A stretch of DNA of 64,000 nucleotides. Origin: a virus (taxonomy: Duplodnaviria > Heunggongvirae > Uroviricota > Caudoviricetes). How positions within the stretch are numbered: position 1 is the stretch's first letter; each line of letters opens with the position of its first letter. A program made the translations under genes and the position numbers. This document shows positions 43,091 to 50,515 of the stretch, one piece after another. The notes below the pieces were generated by a model. The model was not told where the DNA came from. It ran no database searches and saw only the letters and a list, made by a program, of their open reading frames with translations. The stretch covers positions 3,760-67,759 of IMG/VR virus record IMGVR_UViG_3300017722_002988. One strand, written 5' to 3'.

Positions 43091-44191
43091 ATGCCTAAAG
43101 ACAACAACCCAGAACTCGAAATTGATGACAACGACCTGGATCTAGATCTAGACCTCGAAGACATCGGTCTCGACGAACTTGATATGGACGGTGATGACGA
43201 AACGGTTGTTGCTGAGCAAACCGCTGCTGCCGCAACGATCGCTGCCAAGCCATCTCGTACTGCAACCCTCGCTAACCTGGTTAGCGCTGCTGCAAACATG
43301 TCCGATGAGGACCTGAACAACTTCGCTGCTTCTATCGCACAGCCTACCAACCCAATCGATGGTGGTGCAGCTGCAAAGAACAAAGCGTCTATCGCTACGA
43401 AGACTGTTACCAAGGAAGAGCTTGACTCTCTCTTCGGTGATGAGCTTTCCGAAGACTTCCGCGACCAAGCAACGACTCTGTTCGAGTCTGCTGTAAATGC
43501 ACGTGTCGGTCTTGAAGCTGCTGCCCTGGCTGAAGAGCTTGAGGCTAAGTATGCTGAAACTACCGCTGCTCTGGAAGAGGCTTATGCCGCAACTCTGGAA
43601 GAAGAAGTTTCTGCCCTGACCGACGGCCTGTATGAGCAGATTGACTCTTACCTCAACTATGCTGCTGGAACCTGGGTCGCCGACAATGAAGTTGCTATCG
43701 ACGTCAGCCTTCGTGCTGAAATCGCCGAAGACTTCATGGGCAAAATGAAGGACCTGTTCCTTGAACACAACCTAAACATCCCCGATGAGGCAGAAGACGT
43801 CCTCGCTGAGATGCTTGAAGTCAACGAAGGCCTTGAGACTGAACTGAATGCAGCCCTAGAGCAGATTATCGCCCTAAAGGAAGATAAGCTCGTTGCAGGC
43901 ATTGAGTCTACCTTCGCTGAAGAGACTGTTGGTCTCGCCGCAACCCAGATCGATCGCATTCGTACCCTCGCCGAGGGTATTGAGTCTGATGACCTGAATA
44001 CCTATACCAAGAAGCTTCGTCAGATCAAAGAATCCGTCACGAAGAAGGCTACGCCTTCCACTGGCATTCTGATCGAAGAGGCTCCTGCTATCTCCGAAGA
44101 TCAACTGATCGAAGAGGCTGCTCCAGCTAACGTTGACCCACAAGTCGCTCGTTACATGGATGCAATCTCTCGTACGTCTCGCCCAAAGTAA
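43091..44191 (+). CDS. gp22: Prohead core scaffold gp22
   Basis: Very acidic coiled coil; 'TTLFESAV', 'IDSYLNYAA..WV.DNEVAI'; lies between gp21 and gp23. Confidence 0.9.
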   Translation: MPKDNNPELEIDDNDLDLDLDLEDIGLDELDMDGDDETVVAEQTAAAATIAAKPSRTATLANLVSAAANMSDEDLNNFAASIAQPTNPIDGGAAAKNKASIATKTVTKEELDSLFGDELSEDFRDQATTLFESAVNARVGLEAAALAEELEAKYAETTAALEEAYAATLEEEVSALTDGLYEQIDSYLNYAAGTWVADNEVAIDVSLRAEIAEDFMGKMKDLFLEHNLNIPDEAEDVLAEMLEVNEGLETELNAALEQIIALKEDKLVAGIESTFAEETVGLAATQIDRIRTLAEGIESDDLNTYTKKLRQIKESVTKKATPSTGILIEEAPAISEDQLIEEAAPANVDPQVARYMDAISRTSRPK

Positions 44192-44224
44192 CGCGACAAA
44201 GAAGCGCGTTAGAAACCAAGCTTT

Positions 44225-44232
44225 TATAAATA
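44225..44232 (+). promoter_or_regulatory. T4 late promoter TATAAATA
   Basis: Exact consensus, upstream of gp23. Confidence 0.88.
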
Positions 44233-44266
44233 AACTAGAATATACCTCTAAAGGGAGTCTACCAAA

Positions 44267-45616
44267 ATGCTACAAGAAGACCTGAACAACAAGTGGGGAC
44301 CCCTGCTGGACCACGCTGATCTAGGTGTCATCAAGGATGATCACCGTCGTCGCGTAACGGCTGTTCTGCTTGAGAACACCGAGCGTGAACTTTCCGCTGT
44401 TGGTTCCATGGCGATGACCGCTAATGGCGGCCAGAGCCTGCTGGGCGAAGCTGCTCCAACGAACGCAACCGGTTCTTCGGTCGATAACTTCGACCCAGTC
44501 CTGATCGGTCTGGTTCGTCGTGCAATGCCTAACCTGATGGCTTATGACGTTTGCGGCGTTCAGCCAATGACCGGTCCAACCGGCCTGATCTTCGCAATGC
44601 GTTCCAAGTACGCAAACCAAGCTGGTGCTGAAGCCTTCTACAACGAAGCAAACACCGGTTTCTCTACGGACGCCAACTCTTCCAACCAAGCTAACACCAT
44701 CGGCAACAAGCATGTCGGCGGCGTTCCAGGTAACTCGACTTCGGTCGCTAACCTTGCTGAGCTGGGTCTCTATAACTTCCGTGGTGGTTCTTCCACTGCT
44801 GCTCTTGAAGGCGGCTTCGGTGCTACCGGAACCTTCCCTGAAATGGCGTTCTCGATCGAGAAGATTGCGGTCACTGCAAAGGGCCGTGCTCTGAAGGCTG
44901 AGTACTCGCTGGAACTGGCACAAGACCTGAAGGCAATCCATGGCCTGGACGCCGAGACTGAACTCTCGAACATCCTCTCCACGGAAATCCTTGCGGAAAT
45001 CAACCGTGAAGTTATCCGTACCATCAACCTGACCGGTAAGCCTGGTTCCCAGGAAGGTACGACCACGGCTGGCGTCTTTGACCTCGACGTTGACTCCAAC
45101 GGTCGTTGGTTGGCTGAGAAGTTCAAGGGCCTGATGTTCCAAGTTGAGCGTGAAGCCAACAAGATTGCCAAAGACACTCGTCGCGGCAAGGGTAACATCG
45201 TCATCTGCTCTTCGGACGTTGCGTCCGCTCTTCAGATGGCCGGTGTTCTGGACTATGCGCCTGCGCTGAACTCCAACGCTCTGAACGTTGACGACACGGG
45301 CAACACCTTCGCAGGTGTCCTGAACGGTCGTTACCGCGTCTATATCGATCCATACGCAACGGGCAACTACATGACCGTCGGTTACAAGGGTTCCAACACC
45401 TTTGACGCTGGCCTCTTCTACTGCCCTTACGTTCCACTGCAAATGGTTCGTGCTGTTGACCCTGACACCTTCCAGCCAAAAATCGGCTTCAAGACGCGTT
45501 ACGGCATGGCTCCTAACCCATTCGCTAAGGGTGCTGCTGAAGCTGACGCTAACGCTGCTCTGGAAGTTGACTCCAACGTCTACTACCGCAAGACCGCTGT
45601 CACCAACATTATGTAA
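44267..45616 (+). CDS. gp23: Major capsid protein gp23
   Basis: 'FDPVLIGLVRRAMPNLMAYDVCGVQPMTGPTGLIFAMR', 'ELAQDLKAIHGLDAETEL', 'FQPKIGFKTRYG'; likely maturation site LLGE/A. Confidence 0.98.
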   Translation: MLQEDLNNKWGPLLDHADLGVIKDDHRRRVTAVLLENTERELSAVGSMAMTANGGQSLLGEAAPTNATGSSVDNFDPVLIGLVRRAMPNLMAYDVCGVQPMTGPTGLIFAMRSKYANQAGAEAFYNEANTGFSTDANSSNQANTIGNKHVGGVPGNSTSVANLAELGLYNFRGGSSTAALEGGFGATGTFPEMAFSIEKIAVTAKGRALKAEYSLELAQDLKAIHGLDAETELSNILSTEILAEINREVIRTINLTGKPGSQEGTTTAGVFDLDVDSNGRWLAEKFKGLMFQVEREANKIAKDTRRGKGNIVICSSDVASALQMAGVLDYAPALNSNALNVDDTGNTFAGVLNGRYRVYIDPYATGNYMTVGYKGSNTFDAGLFYCPYVPLQMVRAVDPDTFQPKIGFKTRYGMAPNPFAKGAAEADANAALEVDSNVYYRKTAVTNIM

Positions 45617-45647
45617 GACCGGCTTCGGCCCCTCCTACAGAGAAATC

Positions 45648-45675
45648 AGGGACCCTTCGGGGTCCCTTTTCTTTT
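45648..45675 (+). terminator. Rho-independent terminator after gp23
   Basis: agggaccc-ttcg-gggtccct (C(UUCG)G loop) followed by tttctttt; a second small GGC-TTCG-GCC hairpin lies at 45621-45630. Confidence 0.92.
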
Positions 45676-45678
45676 GTG

Positions 45679-45708
45679 GTATACATATTTCATGGGTCAC
45701 TGTATGAT
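45679..45708 (+). promoter_or_regulatory. Possible sigma70-like promoter GTATAC-N18-TATGAT
   Basis: Degenerate member of the NTGTAC-N17-TANNAT class; directly upstream of the acb1-like gene. Confidence 0.45.
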
Positions 45709-45726
45709 GGCAGTGAAGGAGATACA

Positions 45727-46179
45727 ATGAAAACCTTTCTAGAATACGTGACTGAAGGTGCAGCCGGAGTTTACGCTGCCTATCATATTGCGCCTGAGAC
45801 CAAGGCGGCCATGGCCAAGTTCGTTAAGGATCTTGGAATCAAGAATCCGAGCGATCCTAGTACTCTCCACATCACCACAGTTTACAGCACGAAGCCGATT
45901 CAGTACGAGCCATCAAAGAAAGCTTTGACAGTCAAACCAGTTGGATACGCCTTGTTCGGTCACCCAGATAAGGTCCTAGTTCTGAAGGTCGAGCATCCAA
46001 CACTTCATGAGCGGTTCAAAGTGGCCAGGGACGCTGGAGCTACGTGGGATTACCCGAACTATCAGCCACATATCACACTTGCTACGAGTGTGGATCCGGA
46101 TCTGGACATTTCGAAACTGCCACTTCCAGACTTTGTTCTTGACACAGGCCCTGAGTACACGGAAGCATTAGCCGGCTGA
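45727..46179 (+). CDS. acb1: Anti-CBASS nuclease Acb1-like (T4 gp57B-like) 2H phosphodiesterase; start at MKTFLEY
   Basis: Two HxT motifs ('LHITTVYS', 'QPHITLAT'); 'GVYAA', 'VLVL', 'ARDAGATWDYPNYQPH' match the recalled T4 gp57B layout; RBS GAAGGAG before ATG 45727. Confidence 0.82.
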   Translation: MKTFLEYVTEGAAGVYAAYHIAPETKAAMAKFVKDLGIKNPSDPSTLHITTVYSTKPIQYEPSKKALTVKPVGYALFGHPDKVLVLKVEHPTLHERFKVARDAGATWDYPNYQPHITLATSVDPDLDISKLPLPDFVLDTGPEYTEALAG

Positions 46180-46187
46180 TCTTTTCA

Positions 46188-46216
46188 TTGTACAATAATA
46201 CCAGACTTTGTATTAT
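46188..46216 (+). promoter_or_regulatory. sigma70-like early/middle promoter TTGTAC-N17-TATTAT
   Basis: Exact 17-nt spacer; near-duplicated at 47673. Confidence 0.75.
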
Positions 46217-46241
46217 AGGATTGTAAGCAGGGTTAATACTA

Positions 46242-46811
46242 ATGTGCGATAAAAAGCGCCGGTCCGTCGTCAAGACCTTTCGTGAAGGACATGGTCCCAC
46301 GAAAGAAGAGTTTCACTCAGCGCAGAATGGAATCTGCCCGCTCTGCGGCAAGATGATCATTGACCTCGGCAGTGCAAACTACGATCACGTTCATGCTCAC
46401 TCAGAGGGCGGCCGGGTTTTCGGTAACGTCCTGTTGACTCATGTTCGGTGCAACAGCAAACGCCAATCGACTTGCATGGGTCCTGTCTATTACGAAATCC
46501 TGGACGTTGTCAACGCTCGGCTCGGCTGGAACGGAAAGTATTACCGGCAAACTGTTGGATACTCGTTCAGAATGCGCGAGATGGCGATCATCGACATTTA
46601 CGATGGACTTGGCATCGACATCAAGAAGCTCAACAAGTACTGGTATGTCAGATACCCAGGAATGCAGGACAGCCATATCCCTGCCCTGATCGAACACTTT
46701 TCGATTTTCCTGAAAAACGTAGAGTTCCGTGGTCGGAATGAGGTTGGGATTCATCGGGCTAGACCGGCGCCTCTGGGCTCATTTAGAGTTCGGCACGACG
46801 GCCTGAAATAA
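46242..46811 (+). CDS. HNH endonuclease
   Basis: 'CPLCGK...DHVHAHSEGG...NVLLTHVRCNSKR' CxxC/HNH signature. Confidence 0.85.
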   Translation: MCDKKRRSVVKTFREGHGPTKEEFHSAQNGICPLCGKMIIDLGSANYDHVHAHSEGGRVFGNVLLTHVRCNSKRQSTCMGPVYYEILDVVNARLGWNGKYYRQTVGYSFRMREMAIIDIYDGLGIDIKKLNKYWYVRYPGMQDSHIPALIEHFSIFLKNVEFRGRNEVGIHRARPAPLGSFRVRHDGLK

Positions 46812-46814
46812 GCT

Positions 46815-46843
46815 GTGTACATATTTTCGTGATGGAATAGGAT
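46815..46843 (+). promoter_or_regulatory. sigma70-like promoter GTGTAC-N17-TAGGAT
   Basis: Same class, intergenic, upstream of ORF 46851. Confidence 0.6.
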
Positions 46844-46850
46844 AGAGAGT

Positions 46851-47234
46851 ATGAAAGATATTTTACCTATCCACGAAGGTTTCAAAAGAGGCGAACTTAT
46901 CTGCCTCGTTCGAGGCGGAAACAGTGATCGCTCTGATGAGCTTCTTGATGTGACGATCGATGAAATCGGTCGACCTTACGAGGACCTGCAGGGGTTTGAG
47001 AGCCGACTCTGGGCCACGCGTGAGAATGCTCTCATCGATGGCTATGCCGGGCTTCGAATGAACCTCGACCTCGAAGATGACACCAATGTTACTTCCGGTG
47101 TTCTGGAAGATTGCACAGTCTTCGACGTCAAATACACGATGAAGATCATCCATCTTTGTGACCAAGTGGTCGTCCGCAAGAAGGGCTCAACCGCTTTCAA
47201 TATGCTAAAGGATCGTTATGGCTCTCTACACTAG
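46851..47234 (+). CDS. Hypothetical protein
   Basis: Promoter and GA-rich RBS upstream; 127 aa. Confidence 0.6.
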   Translation: MKDILPIHEGFKRGELICLVRGGNSDRSDELLDVTIDEIGRPYEDLQGFESRLWATRENALIDGYAGLRMNLDLEDDTNVTSGVLEDCTVFDVKYTMKIIHLCDQVVVRKKGSTAFNMLKDRYGSLH

Positions 47235-47478
47235 GGAATTCCTCGAGAAGGTGGCTAAGGCCCATCGACAGTTTGGAATCAGTTTCCGATTTCAGACCCG
47301 TAAGGGGAAGCAGTATGTTTCGATGAATAATCGGGATGTAAACTATCTAAATGTCACGTACTGGAAATCTCACGAGGCTGTAAACGACCACGTGCAGAGC
47401 CTGTTCCCCGACGCATATGTCACTTCAGGCATGTGGGGTGGTGGTACCTTTGACGTAACGTATCGGGTGAATCCATGA
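47218..47478 (+). CDS. Hypothetical protein
   Basis: Short overlap with the previous gene; ATGA coupling to the next. Confidence 0.6.
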   Translation: MALYTREFLEKVAKAHRQFGISFRFQTRKGKQYVSMNNRDVNYLNVTYWKSHEAVNDHVQSLFPDAYVTSGMWGGGTFDVTYRVNP

Positions 47479-47660
47479 CAGAATTTGTTGAGATTTGGGA
47501 GCGAACCGACTATTCGCATCCGTTTCGTGAACCGGACACCAACTTCATTGGCATCTACTCCACAGAGAGGGCCCAAGAGTTCTTGATGGGTAAACACCTA
47601 GTGGACCCGGATGCGTACGACAATGGCTACTTCACTCGGAAAGCACGTATCGTGCAGTGA
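47475..47660 (+). CDS. Hypothetical protein
   Basis: ATGA-coupled small ORF. Confidence 0.55.
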   Translation: MTEFVEIWERTDYSHPFREPDTNFIGIYSTERAQEFLMGKHLVDPDAYDNGYFTRKARIVQ

Positions 47661-47672
47661 CCGCATTTTTTA

Positions 47673-47701
47673 TTGTACAATAATGTCAGATAGCTTATTA
47701 T
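47673..47701 (+). promoter_or_regulatory. sigma70-like early/middle promoter TTGTAC-N17-TATTAT
   Basis: Near-duplicate of 46188-46216, including downstream TGTAAGCA. Confidence 0.75.
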
Positions 47702-47725
47702 GGGAATGTAAGCAAGGACACTGAC

Positions 47726-48088
47726 ATGACCAAGTTCGTTCGCGACCAGTTTCAATACCACGGTGGGTATCTGACCTACGGTCCTGAAGAGACTTTCGTC
47801 GCCCGGTTCAAATACTGCGGTCGTGACAAAGCTGGATTCGTCAGCTTCCTGATCAAACATTTCGAGGTTGAAGAATATTTCAACCTCTATGCCGACGGCC
47901 GCGGGGCCGCCCCGGCGACCATTCTCAAGTCGAAAGGCTACGTCAGTGCCACGGTCAAAGCCATCCTGAAAGAGGCTGGATATGAACCGACCCAGACTGC
48001 CTACGACCAATACATTCAGGACGGCATTGCTCGCCGTGCTGCTCAACAGGCCAAAGAGGCCGTGATCCGCACCATCGTGCTGGTCTAA
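47726..48088 (+). CDS. Hypothetical protein
   Basis: RBS AAGGA; downstream of a promoter. Confidence 0.7.
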   Translation: MTKFVRDQFQYHGGYLTYGPEETFVARFKYCGRDKAGFVSFLIKHFEVEEYFNLYADGRGAAPATILKSKGYVSATVKAILKEAGYEPTQTAYDQYIQDGIARRAAQQAKEAVIRTIVLV

Positions 48089-48101
48089 TCAAGGAAATAC
48101 A

Positions 48102-48305
48102 ATGTCTGCTGAATATCGCGATCAAATGGAAGGCCCGATGGAAAATCTGGCCGTCACTCTGATTACTGGCGATACCGTTTTTGAAACGGACGCTGAGATC
48201 GTTGAACTGGCTGCTCGCCAGTTTTCGGTAGTCTACAAACTTCTGCTTGCCACCGGCAAATATACCGAAGCAGAGCTCGACATCATCCTCAACCCAGGCG
48301 CATAA
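48102..48305 (+). CDS. Hypothetical protein
   Basis: RBS AAGGA. Confidence 0.65.
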   Translation: MSAEYRDQMEGPMENLAVTLITGDTVFETDAEIVELAARQFSVVYKLLLATGKYTEAELDIILNPGA

Positions 48306-48312
48306 GAATACC

Positions 48313-48480
48313 ATGTCTAAAGACCGCGATAACTTCGTTTACGAAGATCCTGACCTTCCCAAGTTCGAACGATTCCATCGGGAAAAATCCTACGGATACA
48401 GCTTCGATGCACGTGGCAAGAAGCCGCGCGAGAAGAACAAGCGCGAAGGCAAGAAAGACAAGCGGGACATCGAGGAGTAG
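48313..48480 (+). CDS. Small basic hypothetical protein (start MSKDRD)
   Basis: Fills the gap; Lys/Arg-rich C-terminus. Confidence 0.55.
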   Translation: MSKDRDNFVYEDPDLPKFERFHREKSYGYSFDARGKKPREKNKREGKKDKRDIEE

Positions 48481-48482
48481 CC

Positions 48483-48833
48483 ATGCAATACGGAATTGAA
48501 TCGCTTCTGGGTAAGACTCTCGTCAGTGTCGTGGATAACGACAGCGAGATTCGGTTCTCAGCTGAAGGCGGAGAAGTATTCCGGATGTGGCACGAACAGG
48601 ATTGTTGCGAGAACGTTTATGTCGAAGACATCTGCGGCGATCTTGATGACCTCGTCGGCACTCCGATTCTGCGGGCTGAAGAGCGCTCGGAAGATGATCC
48701 TGCCGAAGAATATGGAATCGGCTGCTGGACGTTTTACGAGCTGGCAACTATCAAGGGCTCGGTTACCATCCGTTGGTACGGCTCTTCAAACGGCTATTAT
48801 GGCGTCGGAGTGTCCGTAGGACAGATTTCATGA
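48483..48833 (+). CDS. Conserved phage hypothetical protein (DUF7448-like)
   Basis: 'HEQDCCENVYVEDICGDLDDLVG', 'WTFY.LATIKGSVTIRWYG.SNGYY' is a recurring phage motif set. Confidence 0.7.
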   Translation: MQYGIESLLGKTLVSVVDNDSEIRFSAEGGEVFRMWHEQDCCENVYVEDICGDLDDLVGTPILRAEERSEDDPAEEYGIGCWTFYELATIKGSVTIRWYGSSNGYYGVGVSVGQIS

Positions 48834-49084
48834 ATTTCATCCACTGCGAACTGCCTGAAACAGACAAAGATCTTTTCTTTGGTCCGCTTGAAGATGGTGA
48901 TGATTTCACTACCTTTGGGGGTGATCTAACTATGGCTGACCTCGTCGTGGAGATGGGGGTCTTCCCGTCAGTCAAACAGGCCCGTAAGAACGGGTGGGCC
49001 AAGCCCATTCCGGCCGGGTTTTCCGCCCACAAGATCGGTAAGCGCCGGTTTCATGTTCTGAATAGGTTCGATCATGTTTCGTAA
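48830..49084 (+). CDS. Small protein with an S4-like RNA-binding motif (start MNFIH)
   Basis: 'MADLVVEMGVFPSVKQARKNG' resembles the S4/TyrRS C-terminal helix-turn-helix; ATGA coupling. Confidence 0.55.
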   Translation: MNFIHCELPETDKDLFFGPLEDGDDFTTFGGDLTMADLVVEMGVFPSVKQARKNGWAKPIPAGFSAHKIGKRRFHVLNRFDHVS

Positions 49085-49376
49085 GATTCTCATCTACGGT
49101 GCTGCCCTCTTCGTCACGGGCTGTTATGACCCTGAGCAGAAGGAATACGACATCCAACAGGCTCAGCACGAGAGGTCCCTTGACCAAATTATGAGCGTCT
49201 ATGATACGCAGTGTTCTGCTGAACCCGACCCCGCGTATCTGATCCGCAATGATTCCTTCTGTGATGGGCTTCGTGAGGCGTATTGGTCCATTCAAATGGA
49301 CCGCAATATGCAGGGGTTTCCCGAATACGAAAAGATGCGAGAAGCTAAAAACAATTCGGAACCTTCTGCCCGCTGA
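49074..49376 (+). CDS. Predicted lipoprotein
   Basis: MFRKILIYGAALFVTG-C signal peptide with lipobox. Confidence 0.7.
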   Translation: MFRKILIYGAALFVTGCYDPEQKEYDIQQAQHERSLDQIMSVYDTQCSAEPDPAYLIRNDSFCDGLREAYWSIQMDRNMQGFPEYEKMREAKNNSEPSAR

Positions 49377-49400
49377 AGCATTCTATATACGTTGACTCCC

Positions 49401-49436
49401 AGGGTCCGGTCGCTGTGAAGCGCCGGACCCTTTTTT
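49401..49436 (+). terminator. Rho-independent terminator closing the early-gene island
   Basis: agggtccgg(t)cgct-gtga-agcgccggaccct stem with GNRA loop, followed by a T-tract. Confidence 0.88.
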
Positions 49437-49444
49437 CTACGCGT

Positions 49445-49452
49445 CATAAATA
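49445..49452 (+). promoter_or_regulatory. T4-like late promoter variant CATAAATA
   Basis: Intergenic, upstream of gp3. Confidence 0.7.
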
Positions 49453-49477
49453 GGATAGGAAATCAGGGAATACAACT

Positions 49478-49981
49478 ATGATCGAAGGCGTTCCAAATAT
49501 GCTCTCCCAGCTCGGCTTTGGGTTGAGCATCAAGAAAGCACCTATGACCTCTGCTATGGCATTTGAGGTCACCACACCTGACATTATGACGGGTGTAGCA
49601 ATGGTTCCAACTCCATTTATGGATCAGGCATTCAGTCCTGACAAGCTAGTTTACGGTGATGTGTCAGTTAGCTTTAAGATCGATGAAAACCTCGTAAACT
49701 ACATGGAAATGCTAAACTGGATCAAAGGCATAACTTTCCCTAATTCGTTCCAGCAGTATGGTACCGCATTGAATGCAGTAGATGGCGACGGAATCTATTC
49801 TGACGCGCAACTAATCATCTTGAATAACAGCGGTAGACCTACGATGGAGTATACCTTCATTGATATGTTCCCTATTGCGTTGTCAGGAATCAGGATGAAT
49901 TCTCAAGATAACGAAGTTGAATACCTAGCGGCTTCAGTAACCTTCAAAATTCGTGACTTCGAGATTAGGGCACTCAACTAA
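49478..49981 (+). CDS. gp3: Tail completion protein gp3 (tail-tube-like)
   Basis: 'DKLVYGDVSVSFKIDENLVNYMEMLNWIKG', 'SDAQLIILNN', 'FIDMFPIALSG'. Confidence 0.82.
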   Translation: MIEGVPNMLSQLGFGLSIKKAPMTSAMAFEVTTPDIMTGVAMVPTPFMDQAFSPDKLVYGDVSVSFKIDENLVNYMEMLNWIKGITFPNSFQQYGTALNAVDGDGIYSDAQLIILNNSGRPTMEYTFIDMFPIALSGIRMNSQDNEVEYLAASVTFKIRDFEIRALN

Positions 49982-49998
49982 AGATTACGAAACGTTAA

Positions 49999-50027
49999 AT
50001 GTACAAATGCACCGGTTCGTGTATAAT
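49999..50027 (+). promoter_or_regulatory. sigma70-like promoter ATGTAC-N17-TATAAT
   Basis: Same class with a perfect -10 and extended TG; upstream of uvsY. Confidence 0.75.
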
Positions 50028-50083
50028 GGTGCTGTACTTAACTAATACGCTAGTGGAATTCAGTAGATGATTGGGCACTGTGA

Positions 50084-50515
50084 ATGAAATTCGAAGACAT
50101 AAGTAGAATGTGGGAGGAAGATGCTAAGCTGGACATCTCCGAACTCTCAAGAGTTACCCAAGACATTCCAATTCTCCACAACAAATATTTCAAGATCTTC
50201 TCCCAGGAAAGGTATCGATACCGGACCATGGAGCTGGAGATGAAATCACTCAGGCTGGCAAAGTTTGAGTTTTATTCTCAGGGCCCTAGCCCTGAGACAC
50301 CAGCACACTGGAAGTTGCCTCCCATTGGCAAGGTTCTCAAATCAGATGTTCCCCAGTACATCGACACGGATGAGGACATTATCAAGCTGAATCTCAAAAT
50401 GTATGCCCAGTCCGAGAAGGTTGATTACCTGGAGGCGATCATCAAACAGATCGTCAACCGTGGTTACCAAGTCAAATCTATAATCGACTGGGAAAAGTTC
50501 AAAGTCGGAGCGTAA
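50084..50515 (+). CDS. uvsY: Recombination mediator UvsY
   Basis: 'IPILHNKYFK', 'YIDTDEDI', 'YLEAIIKQIVNRGYQVKSIIDW.KF..G'. Confidence 0.9.
   Translation: MKFEDISRMWEEDAKLDISELSRVTQDIPILHNKYFKIFSQERYRYRTMELEMKSLRLAKFEFYSQGPSPETPAHWKLPPIGKVLKSDVPQYIDTDEDIIKLNLKMYAQSEKVDYLEAIIKQIVNRGYQVKSIIDWEKFKVGA

Noticed and set aside
43130-43190. DLDLDL microsatellite-like run (gatcta repeats) in gp22
   Set aside because: Short low-complexity stretch in an acidic scaffold N-terminus; in-frame and unremarkable.
44321-45442. 373-aa minus-strand ORF within gp23
   Set aside because: Same shadow effect; no recognisable domain.
45676-45726. Longer annotated start for the Acb1-like ORF (GTG, MVYIFH...)
   Set aside because: Overlaps the promoter region and has no RBS; ATG 45727 has GAAGGAG.
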